A DNA stretch of 53,566 nucleotides from Minisyncoccota bacterium (GTDB lineage Bacteria; Patescibacteriota; Minisyncoccia; UBA6257; 2-01-FULL-56-20). Shown here piece by piece: positions 42,501 through 49,544 of the stretch (position 1 is its first letter; each line of letters starts with the position of its first letter). The stretch covers positions 1 through 53,566 of the forward strand of contig DATLTV010000013.1 in assembly GCA_035533375.1 (NCBI GenBank). The letters are read 5' to 3'. The notes under the pieces are model-generated. The model made no database searches and was not told where the DNA came from. It was given only the letters and a program-made list of their open reading frames with translations. The position numbers were made by a program, and so were the translations under genes.

Positions 42501-43101
42501 GCCGTTCTTCGCCGAATCATTATACGAAAACTTCAAAGAGCGGGAATCGGTGCATCTCGATTCCTGGCCGAAAGCGAAGGGAAAGATCGATGCCAAATTG
42601 ATCGAGGGAATGGCGGAGGCGCGTCGGCTTGCGAGCCTCGGCCTTGCGAAGCGGGCCGAGTTGAAATTAAAGGTGCGGCAACCACTCGCGAATATGAAAA
42701 TCAAGTCTCAGGTCTCAAGTCTCAAATCTCAACATGATCTGCTTACCATTCTTGCGGACGAAGTGAATGTGAAGGAAGTGGCATTTGATGAAAAGATTGC
42801 GGGTGAAGTTGAACTCGATACCACGATTACGCCGGAGTTGAAAGAAGAAGGACTGCTCCGCGAGGTCGCGCGCGCGGTGCAGGGATTGCGCCAGGAAGCG
42901 GGCCTTGCGCCGAAGGACAAAGTTGCGGTGATGCTGGAACTTCCCGTTGCGGCGAAGAACGCGGTGCAGAAAAACGAAGGCGCGTTCAAATCCGATGTCG
43001 GCGCGGCGTCGGTTTCATACGGTAAATCAGAAAAGTTCGATGCGGAGGCATCGACGAAAGTGGATGGCGCGGAAGCGTGGATAGGAATACGAAAGGTTTA
43101 A
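39541..43101 (+). CDS. ileS: isoleucyl-tRNA synthetase carrying an internal histidine-phosphatase-like domain
   Basis: 1186 aa. It has PPYANGKPGIHHV (HIGH), the editing domain, KMSKSKGN, and CxxC knuckles at residues 486-489 and 726-729. A roughly 205-aa RHG...SH phosphatase-like insert lies between the knuckles. Confidence 0.95.
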   Translation: MPANDEAKTDTGFNLPAKEEEVLKFWEEKHIFEKSLEKNKPEKAGAGKKNTFVFYEGPPYANGKPGIHHVLARIVKDVILRYKTMRGFYVPRKAGWDTHGLPVEMAAEKALGFKSKKDIEQYGVKRFNEKAKEQVWLYKDEWESMTRRIGYWLDLKNAYVTYEPEYIETLWWTLQKIWQNKLLYKGHKVVPWCTRCGTALSSHELAQGYKETTDNSVYVKFKLKSGQKIGDHTIKSKDKIYILSWTTTPWTLPGNVALAVGPNIQYRAVEQSGEYLIAAVDRLKDLGLDSAHVSREITGSQLVGLEYEPLFNIPALQKEKSYKIYPADFVTTTDGTGVVHTAVMYGEDDYRLGKKIGLPEHHTVDEEGKFTKDVSGLAGSYVKSKETEEKIFAHLEKDGNLLRKGAYTHEYPYCWRCGTPILYYARTSWFIAMSSLREKLLAANKKINWMPEHVKEGRFGEWLREVKDWNLSRERYWGAPLPIWECKKCGELEVIGGLDDLSAKAGGSKNSYWTMRHGFAENLIEKILDSGQKELHLTELGRDQVRRSAEALKKELASHKKKIDFIVASDVLRTKESAEIAAAVLGVPVEFDKRLREIHLGVFAGRHEGGWHKLFPTLESRFEGAPEGGETLRDLRARMWQAVTELEKKYNGKNILIMSHEYPIWMLTHAAEAWSEKRAIREKQDRGDDFVVPAAFGELRVKIVPRNDTGEVDLHRPFADDIPLPCKKCGGEMRRIKEVADVWYDSGAMPFAQDHYPFACVKNQKSEIRNPKPPEAYPADYIAEGMDQTRGWFYTLLAVATALGYEAPYKNVISLGLINDKFGQKMSKSKGNVVDPWAVIRKYGADAVRWYFYTANPLGEPKNFDELEILKSYRRMHLILWNSVAFWKTYASGGVGSEPPQSKNVLDQWILARLDEVAEEASARLEQYEIREAALAIESFVDDLSRWYIRRSRKRLQHSTDEVDFKSASATLGFVLRETTKLIAPFTPFFAESLYENFKERESVHLDSWPKAKGKIDAKLIEGMAEARRLASLGLAKRAELKLKVRQPLANMKIKSQVSSLKSQHDLLTILADEVNVKEVAFDEKIAGEVELDTTITPELKEEGLLREVARAVQGLRQEAGLAPKDKVAVMLELPVAAKNAVQKNEGAFKSDVGAASVSYGKSEKFDAEASTKVDGAEAWIGIRKV

Positions 43102-43200
43102 AAAAGATAAAAGCCGCGCTTTGCCGTAAATGTTTTTGAAAAAAATAAGGCGCACGGTTTCCGCGTGCGTCTTTGTGTTTGCGGGATATCCCCGCCGTTC

Positions 43201-43728
43201 TTACACTCGATGCAATTCGCAGGCTTTATGGGCGACGACGAGCGCTTGCGTGAGCGTCGGATCATCCGTGTCGAGCGCCTGGTCCGCATAGTGGAGTATG
43301 GCGTGGATGATGCGGTCGCGTGCGTCTTCGTTGAACGGGCTCCATTCGAGAAGATTGCGGCAATAAAATTCCGTGCCGCGCGTCTCGACGAATGCGCGTA
43401 GGTCTTCCTCGTCATGGCCGATCTCCGCAAGCTCGGATTGGCCTTCATACGTCCAGGCGCGGCCGAGATCGAGGATTTCTTCGCGGAGCGGCGGCGACTC
43501 GCGTACCGCATGGAGCCAGGCCGCGGCTGCGAATTCGTCGCGATCGAACACAAGGCCGATTTCTTTTCTGATGATGGATCCGAGCATGACGAGGCGGTCG
43601 ACGTGAATGAGTTGATCGCGATTGATCGATAGCAACGTATGCGCATATGCCGGCCGCAGTTCGTCCTTGAGCCAATGAAACCAGGTTGTAAATGTTTTGC
43701 TCGAAAGCCGAATAGGATGGATATCCAT
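43201..43728 (-). CDS. hypothetical protein (175 aa)
   Basis: Trimmed to ATG 43728 (MDIHPIRLSSKTF...), preceded by GGGAGGAG. It is divergent from the AAA+ gene. Confidence 0.6.
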   Translation of the reverse strand: MDIHPIRLSSKTFTTWFHWLKDELRPAYAHTLLSINRDQLIHVDRLVMLGSIIRKEIGLVFDRDEFAAAAWLHAVRESPPLREEILDLGRAWTYEGQSELAEIGHDEEDLRAFVETRGTEFYCRNLLEWSPFNEDARDRIIHAILHYADQALDTDDPTLTQALVVAHKACELHRV

Positions 43729-43882
43729 CGCGCTCCTCCCTGTGAAGATTTCTGCCGAAATGTTAGCACAAAAACGGGAAACAGGCAAATGAAAAGTCGC
43801 GTCCGGAGACCGCTACCGGAAATTCTCAAATGGTATACTAAAAGAAGCGTTATGTATTGATTGACAAAGGGAGGTGGCCGCT

Positions 43883-45196
43883 GTGGGAAAAAAAAGAAAG
43901 ACGCTCGACACGACGTTTTTGCATCCGCGGGCGCAGGAGCTCCAGGATTTTTTGGAGCACAGGCTCAAGCGCCAGCCGCGGGCAATCAAGTCCGTGGTCG
44001 AAGCGTATAATAATTTTCTCTCGCCCGTATGGGAAAACGGCCCGATCCTCGCTCTGCTTGCGATGGGGCCTTCGGGCTCGGGAAAGACGTATCTGCTGAA
44101 GCTGCTTGCCGAATTTTTTCTCGGCGACCAGAAAGCGATTACGAAGGTTTCCTGCCCGAGCCATAACGAACGGCATACGCTTGCGTCGCTCATCGGCGCT
44201 CCACCGGGATACATCGGGTATGACGAAGAGCCGCGGTTGTCGCAGAAGCGGCTCGAGGCGCCGGCGCTCAAGCTGGCGGTCGAAAAATACCTGAAGAACG
44301 ACGAACGGGCGAAAAAACTGCGGCAGGAAGCGGATAATGCCCTGAGACAGGTCCGGCTTGCGAGACGCCCCGAAGCAAAAATGGCGTTGCTTATGCAGTA
44401 TGGCCAGAAAGAAAGCGAGTATAAGTCGTATGTACAGTTGAAGCTGTGCGACAAGCCGCTGTTTATCTTTCTCCTGTTCGACGAACTTGAGAAAGGACAC
44501 GAAGCGATCCACCACTTCCTTCTCGAGGCGACAGATGAAGGTGAAACGCGCCTGGCGAATGGGGAGCCGGTGAACTTGAAACACGCGTTCATCGTGATGA
44601 CTTCGAACGTCGGGTCCGACAAGATTGCGAGCATTATGCAGGGGAGCCACGGACTCGGATTTTTCAACGGCGAGCGGAACGACGCAACGGTGACGCAGAA
44701 AGTGGGCGATGATATTTACGGCGTCTCGATCAAAGAGGCGGAAAAAGTATTTCGTCCGGAATTCCTCGGCCGCGTCCAGGTGGTCGTCTATCATCCGCTG
44801 GACAGGGAAGGACTCGACGAGATATTCGGAGAAAGAATATCCGCGCTTACGGAGCATCTTGCTTCGATGGGATTTCCGCTCGCGCTCGATATTCACGCCG
44901 CTGTCCGCGATTTTATCGTGACGGAGGCGACCGACCACCCGAAGTTCGGTGCGCGGCTGCTCAATAAGAAGATCGAGCATCACATCGGGAACCCGATCGC
45001 GCGCCTTATCGGTTCGGGGCAGGTGACACGGGACGACGACAAGCTTTATCTTGAGCTCGTGCCTGCTGCGGGCGGCAAAGGCAAGCCGAGCGTTATCTTT
45101 AAAAAAGACGATCGTCCGCCGAAAGCACCGCCGCCGTTGCCGGAAGATCCTCCGGCAAAGCCGGCAGAACCGGCACCGAAAGCATCTTCGGAGTGA
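43883..45196 (+). CDS. stand-alone single-ring AAA+ ATPase of the ClpB-D2 (AAA_2) type with coiled-coil insertion and Pro-rich tail
   Basis: Walker A GPSGSGKT, APPGYIGYDE, Walker B LLFDELEKG, sensor-1 MTSN, RPEFLGR, and a D2-small-like region. GTG 43883 lies 8 nt after AAGGGAGG. Confidence 0.8.
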   Translation: MGKKRKTLDTTFLHPRAQELQDFLEHRLKRQPRAIKSVVEAYNNFLSPVWENGPILALLAMGPSGSGKTYLLKLLAEFFLGDQKAITKVSCPSHNERHTLASLIGAPPGYIGYDEEPRLSQKRLEAPALKLAVEKYLKNDERAKKLRQEADNALRQVRLARRPEAKMALLMQYGQKESEYKSYVQLKLCDKPLFIFLLFDELEKGHEAIHHFLLEATDEGETRLANGEPVNLKHAFIVMTSNVGSDKIASIMQGSHGLGFFNGERNDATVTQKVGDDIYGVSIKEAEKVFRPEFLGRVQVVVYHPLDREGLDEIFGERISALTEHLASMGFPLALDIHAAVRDFIVTEATDHPKFGARLLNKKIEHHIGNPIARLIGSGQVTRDDDKLYLELVPAAGGKGKPSVIFKKDDRPPKAPPPLPEDPPAKPAEPAPKASSE

Positions 45197-45218
45197 AACT
45201 TTCGAGGCAGGTTTGAAC

Positions 45219-45248
45219 AAAACGCCCGCAAATACCGCGGGCGTTTTT
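45219..45248. terminator. bidirectional terminator
   Basis: AAAACGCCCGC-7 nt-GCGGGCGTTTTT, between convergent genes. Confidence 0.65.
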
Positions 45249-45272
45249 AATTACGAGCGCAAAATACGATTT

Positions 45273-45294
45273 CCCTCATTCGCGCGAATGAGGG
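45273..45294. repeat. 22-nt perfect palindrome, ATTCG-NN-CGAAT family, copy 4
   Basis: CCCTCATTCGCGCGAATGAGGG, 28 nt beyond the trpS stop. Confidence 0.85.
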
Positions 45295-45321
45295 GAGTGA
45301 GTATCGGGAGGATCGGGAAGA

Positions 45322-46323
45322 TCAAAGCGCGAGGCCGATCTTCTTTTTCGCGTCGGCCATCTTTTTATTCGCAACCTTCCCGGCCTTCTTCGAACCTTCC
45401 GCGATGGCTTTTTCGATTGTTTCCGGCTTCGCGAGGAGGGCTTTTTTCCGTTCCCGGAATCCGGCGAAGTGGTCGGCCACGAGCTCCGCGAGCGCGGCCT
45501 TGAATTCGGAGTATTTTTTTCCTGAAAAATCTTCCGCTACCGCTTTCGGCTCTTTGCCCGAGAGTGCGGCGTACATATCAATCAGATTCGCGAGGCCCGG
45601 CTTTTTTTCCGGCTCATAGGAAACTTCGGAGCCGGAATCCGTCGTTGCGCGCGCGATTTTTGCTTTGATATCTTCGGGCGCGTCGTCCACGTAGACCACG
45701 TTCATCGGGTGCGAGCGCGATTTGGACATTTTCCGTCCGGGCTCCGCGAGATTCATGACGCGCGGAGTTTGTGTGAGGAGCGGCTTCGGTTCCGTGAAGG
45801 TATCGCCGAACTTCGCGTTGAATTTGCGCGCGAGCGTCCGCGCGAGCTCGAGGTGCTGGAGTTGGTCATCGCCGACCGGAACGAACTTCGCGTCGTACAA
45901 CAAGATGTCCGCAGCCATAAGTATCGGATAGTAAAAAAGCCCGACATTCGCATCTTCCTTGTCCCTCTCCGATTTTTCTTTGAACTGAGTCATGCGTTTC
46001 AACTCTCCCATCGGAGCGATGGTGCCGAGGATCCATGCGAGTTCGCTGTGCGCCGGGATTTGCGATTGCTGGAAAATAACCGATTTCTTCGGATCAAGAC
46101 CGGCCGCCAGGAAATCGGCCGCAAGTTCGAGCACTTGCTTCGGCTTTTCTTTCGGATCGAACTGCTCCGTGAGCGAATGAAGGTCGGCGAGAAAAAAATA
46201 ACACTCGTATGCGCCGGAGTTTTGGAGGTCGACAAAATTCTTGAGTGCGCCCAAATAGTTGCCGAGATGCAGGCGGCCGGTGGTCTGGATGCCGGAAACG
46301 AGGATGGGTTTCATGATTCTCAT
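45322..46323 (-). CDS. trpS: tryptophanyl-tRNA synthetase
   Basis: SGIQTTGRLHLGNYLG (HIGH-type), GDDQLQHLELAR, and KMSKS. The start is ATG 46323 or 46314. The track's longer N-terminus belongs to the ORF6N gene tail. Confidence 0.95.
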   Translation of the reverse strand: MRIMKPILVSGIQTTGRLHLGNYLGALKNFVDLQNSGAYECYFFLADLHSLTEQFDPKEKPKQVLELAADFLAAGLDPKKSVIFQQSQIPAHSELAWILGTIAPMGELKRMTQFKEKSERDKEDANVGLFYYPILMAADILLYDAKFVPVGDDQLQHLELARTLARKFNAKFGDTFTEPKPLLTQTPRVMNLAEPGRKMSKSRSHPMNVVYVDDAPEDIKAKIARATTDSGSEVSYEPEKKPGLANLIDMYAALSGKEPKAVAEDFSGKKYSEFKAALAELVADHFAGFRERKKALLAKPETIEKAIAEGSKKAGKVANKKMADAKKKIGLAL

Positions 46324-46327
46324 AGTA

Positions 46328-46851
46328 TCACCGATTGCGGCCGGTTGAAAATCCCATCGGGCGCTCCGACGGAAGCGGTGGCGAGGCGAGGAGTTTTCGC
46401 AGGATTGCGAGGATGCCCGCAATGTCGGCATCCTGCTTTCGCGATCGCCCTTCGAGTATTGCAATCTTTCGCGCAAGCTGCTGGTTCGCAGTCAGCGCTT
46501 GCCGGAGGCGCGGACGATATGAATACTTGCGCCGATGGCACGCCGGCTTTTGAGTACGTTCGCGAGCATGACCGCTCCGTGCTCGGTGAATACATACGGA
46601 AGATGGCGCTGTCCGCCGTGACTTGAAGTCACATTTTGTGACCTCAAGTTTAAGATGGCGCGAGCCTCCACTGAATTCAGTTGAAACATAAAATCTTTCG
46701 GAAAGCGCGCCCGATTGCGCTTTACCGCTTGATTCAGCGCTTTTGTCGGAACGCCGTAAAGCTCGGCAAGATCGGCATCGAGCATGATGCGCGATCTGCG
46801 CAAGATATATATCCGTTGGTCGATGCGTTCGGCGGGAATAAGATTCGACAT
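46328..46851 (-). pseudogene. ORF6N (KilA-N-related) DNA-binding domain gene with a frameshift
   Basis: Frame 1 reads MSNLIPAERIDQRIYILRRSRIMLDADLAELYGVPTKALNQAVKRNRARFPKDFMFQL...ASIHIVRASGKR, then a stop at 46492. A second frame continues RLRQALTANQQLARKIAILEGRSRKQDADIAGILAILRKLL...GFSTGRNR to a stop at 46328-46330. Confidence 0.7.
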
Positions 46852-46892
46852 ATCTGCATTATATTCCCCGGAGATAAAATTTTTATAAAGAC

Positions 46893-46919
46893 AAAAAAGC
46901 CGCGTAGCGCGGCTTTTTT
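46893..46919. terminator. bidirectional terminator after rnj
   Basis: AAAAAAGCCGCG-TAG-CGCGGCTTTTTT. Confidence 0.7.
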
Positions 46920-46963
46920 GTCGTCTCGATCGCGACGGGGGGGTAGTATCGGCCAGCCGGAAA

Positions 46964-48949
46964 CTATATCTCGATAATTACGGGTAAAATCATAGGCCGC
47001 CGGCGAGTTTTGTTGTAGAGAAACTGCCCCACTTGGTCGCGGATGAGCGTTTTCACATAGTCGGGCTCGATTGGCTGGTAGCTCGGGAGGCGGTTCATAA
47101 GATCGCGGATTTTTTTTCTGACTTCGTCGAGCATGCCGCCGTTGTCTTTGAGGTAGATGAATCCGCGCGAGATGATGTCGGGGCTTTTGAGTACTTTGCC
47201 TTTGTCGCGGTCGACGGTGAGAATAATCACGATCATTCCTTCCTGCGCAAGCGCCCTGCGGTCGCGGACGACGACTTCCTCGACATCGCCCACGCCGAGT
47301 CCGTCCACCATTACGTAAAACGCCGGCACGCTTTCTTTAGTCACCCTGAAGGTGTCCTTCGTAAGCTCCGCGACTTGGCCGTTGTCCATAAGGAAGATGT
47401 GGTCCTTCGGAATACCGACTTCCTGCGCCGAGCGGGCGTTCGCCGCGCGCATGAAATAGTAGCCGTGCACGGGCACGAGGAATTTCGGATTAATGAGCTT
47501 CATCACGAGCTTCAAGTCTTCCTTCGGCGCGTGGCCCGAGGAGTGGATGTCGATCAGGGCCGAGTGGTGGACGAGCGCGCCCTGCCGCGCAAGGTTGTCC
47601 TTCACGACCTGCACGCTTTTTTCGTTGCCGGGGATGACGGACGAGGAGAGGACGACCGTGTCGCCCGGCTTGATTTTCACATGTCGGTGCTCGCCGTTGA
47701 TCATTTTCATGAGCCCGGCGTTCGATTCGCCCTGCGCGCCGGTGGAAAGAATCATGAGTTTATCGTCCTTGTATTTGCCGATTTCTTCGACGGCGATGAG
47801 CGTGCCTTCCTTCGCTGTGACGAAACCGAGATTTTGCGCGATCTGGACGTTCGTTTTCATCGAGTAGCCGTTCAGCGCCACTTTGCGGCCGAGCTTTTCC
47901 GCGATCTTGATGATCTCCGCGATGCGGGTGAGGAGCGAGGCGAAGGTCGCGACGATGATGCGGCCTTCGGCTTTCAGGAAGATCTCTTCGAGATTTTTCT
48001 CGACGGTTTTTTCGGAGATCGTATGCCCCGCTTTTTCGGCGTTCGTGCTATCGATCGTGAACGTGTGCACGCCTTCCTTGCCGATGCGCTCGAATTCCTC
48101 GAGGCCGTATGCATTCCCTTTTTCGTCGTAGTCGATGCGGAAATCGGCGAAGTGCACCATGTTGCCGATCGGAGTTTTGAGGACGACGCCCGTCGTCTCG
48201 GGCACCGTGTGCGGCACGCCGAAGAATTCGGCGTCGAAATGGTTCGAGAGCTTCACTTTATCGCCGTTTCGCACGATCTGGATGTTCATTTTCGGGGCAT
48301 TCGGGAAGTCGGTCTGGCGCTTCTCGACGATCGCTTTCGTAAGCGAGGTCGCGTAGATCGGGGGGTTACCTATCTTGCCCATGACGTGCGGCAGAGCGCC
48401 GATGTGGTCGTAGTGAGCGTGCGTAAGCACGACCGCGACGATATTTTGTTTTTTCTTTTCGAGGTAGGCGACGTTCGGGATGATATAATCGATGCCCGGC
48501 GTTTCCTCTTCGGGGAATTGCAGGCCGAGGTCGATGATCACGATCTCGTTTTTATATTCGTAAAACATCGAGTTCCGCCCCACTTCTTCGAGGCCGCCGA
48601 GCGGTACGAAGCGGAGCGCATCGGGATTGCCCTCGTGTTCCGCGGGAACATGTACCGTCGGACGTGCGCCCGTCGCGGGCGAGCGGAAAGATGCTGGCGG
48701 AGTGCCGTGGCGGCGCGCTCCGCCACGGTCGCCACGCGGCGGCCTGTTTTCGCCGAAGCTTCGGCGGGCGGGCGGGCGTCCGGCGCCGCGCTGGCCGTGA
48801 TCCGGCCGCTGTTCCGGAGTTCGCATCGGTCGTCCCTCGGGATGGCCGTCTGTGGCGGGCCGAGGTTGACGCGGCGGAATCGCCGGCGGCTTGATGTGCG
48901 GCCGTTCTGCGGGCCGCTCGTTCGGTTGGCTATCTTGTTTTTTTATCAT
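46964..48949 (-). CDS. rnj: ribonuclease J (metallo-beta-lactamase / beta-CASP) with about 100-aa Pro/Arg-rich N-terminal extension
   Basis: LTHAHYDHIG (HxHxDH), the beta-CASP region, and the HSSGH motif. N-terminal residues 1-105 are low-complexity P/R/G. Confidence 0.9.
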   Translation of the reverse strand: MIKKQDSQPNERPAERPHIKPPAIPPRQPRPATDGHPEGRPMRTPEQRPDHGQRGAGRPPARRSFGENRPPRGDRGGARRHGTPPASFRSPATGARPTVHVPAEHEGNPDALRFVPLGGLEEVGRNSMFYEYKNEIVIIDLGLQFPEEETPGIDYIIPNVAYLEKKKQNIVAVVLTHAHYDHIGALPHVMGKIGNPPIYATSLTKAIVEKRQTDFPNAPKMNIQIVRNGDKVKLSNHFDAEFFGVPHTVPETTGVVLKTPIGNMVHFADFRIDYDEKGNAYGLEEFERIGKEGVHTFTIDSTNAEKAGHTISEKTVEKNLEEIFLKAEGRIIVATFASLLTRIAEIIKIAEKLGRKVALNGYSMKTNVQIAQNLGFVTAKEGTLIAVEEIGKYKDDKLMILSTGAQGESNAGLMKMINGEHRHVKIKPGDTVVLSSSVIPGNEKSVQVVKDNLARQGALVHHSALIDIHSSGHAPKEDLKLVMKLINPKFLVPVHGYYFMRAANARSAQEVGIPKDHIFLMDNGQVAELTKDTFRVTKESVPAFYVMVDGLGVGDVEEVVVRDRRALAQEGMIVIILTVDRDKGKVLKSPDIISRGFIYLKDNGGMLDEVRKKIRDLMNRLPSYQPIEPDYVKTLIRDQVGQFLYNKTRRRPMILPVIIEI

Positions 48950-49141
48950 AAATTGATTTCGTGAGTTCTAATTATTTTTTAATATATCGTTGTATAACTC
49001 GTGCGTTGCCGCGCGGCCGTGGGATCTTCTGTTTTATTTTTGAATTTACCCTCCATTGTCCTGCTGTTTCGGTTTTGTCTGCGGCAAGATATAAGAAAAT
49101 CTAAAACTCGCCACACTCGTTAAGTTTTCCTTTTTGTATTG

Positions 49142-49225
49142 TGGGCAGAGAGGGATTCGAACCCTCATGAGATTGCTCCCGCTGGCTCCTGAAGCCAGTG
49201 CGTCTGCCAGTTCCGCCATCTGCCC
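49142..49225 (-). tRNA. tRNA-Leu (anticodon CAG), class II with long variable arm
   Basis: My own fold of the minus-strand sequence is as follows. Acceptor GGGCAGA/TCTGCCC. Anticodon stem CTGGC/GCCAG with loop TTCAGGA. T arm GAGGG-TTCGAAT-CCCTC. Discriminator A. No CCA is encoded. Confidence 0.9.
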
Positions 49226-49241
49226 GATGAAGCGTGTTTAG

Positions 49242-49269
49242 AGAATAACCCAAAAGCGCCTTTTTCCAA
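49242..49269 (-). promoter_or_regulatory. candidate promoter for tRNA-Leu
   Basis: On the minus strand: TTGGAA, 16 nt, TATTCT. The -10 hexamer ends about 17 nt upstream of the tRNA 5' end. Confidence 0.35.
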
Positions 49270-49392
49270 AGGCCTATGCCCGCAGAACGTTCGGCAGATA
49301 TCGTTTCATCGGATCGTTAACAAAGGAGGAGTTAATCGAGGTTATGTTCATTGTAGCAAGGACTGGTTTAAAAGTCAAATGTTAGTCTCTTC

Positions 49393-49473
49393 CGTCATCC
49401 CGAACTTGGTTCGGGATCTACGCTTTTTGAACGCGACGTCCGGGAGTGGATCCCCGCCTTCGCAGGGACGACG
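49393..49473. repeat. REP-like hairpins (CGTCATCCCG ... type and GGATCCCCGCCTTCGC type)
   Basis: ATCCCGAAC-TTG-GTTCGGGAT (49397-49417) and GTGGATCCCCGCCTTCGCAGGGACGACG (49446-49473). Confidence 0.6.
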
Positions 49474-49480
49474 ATAGGGT

Positions 49481-49544
49481 GGCTAACGAGCTAAACGCTC
49501 GAAATCCATTTCTTGATTTCGAGCGCTATCGAGCCAACGAGCTA
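49481..49544. repeat. NAACGAGC-octamer / hairpin module
   Basis: TAACGAGC, then an 11-bp hairpin CGCTCGAAATC-8 nt-GATTTCGAGCG (49496-49525), then TATCGAGC and CAACGAGC. The module abuts the stop of the 49542 gene and is about 60 nt homologous to 51287-51340. Confidence 0.8.

Noticed and set aside
43813-45220. Minus-strand ORFs of 284 and 456 aa opposite the AAA+ ATPase gene
   Set aside because: The plus-strand frame carries ordered Walker A, Walker B, sensor and Arg-finger motifs. The antisense translations are low-complexity Ser/Arg-rich.
46328-46851. Prophage or integrated mobile element inferred from the ORF6N gene
   Set aside because: It is a single, frameshifted gene flanked by rnj and trpS. 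No integrase, repeats, or structural or replication genes are present.
47033-48964. 643-aa ORF on the plus strand covering the whole rnj locus
   Set aside because: It is antisense to a gene with unmistakable RNase J motifs. Its translation is Arg/Asp/His/Val-rich, low-information sequence typical of shadow ORFs in GC-rich DNA.
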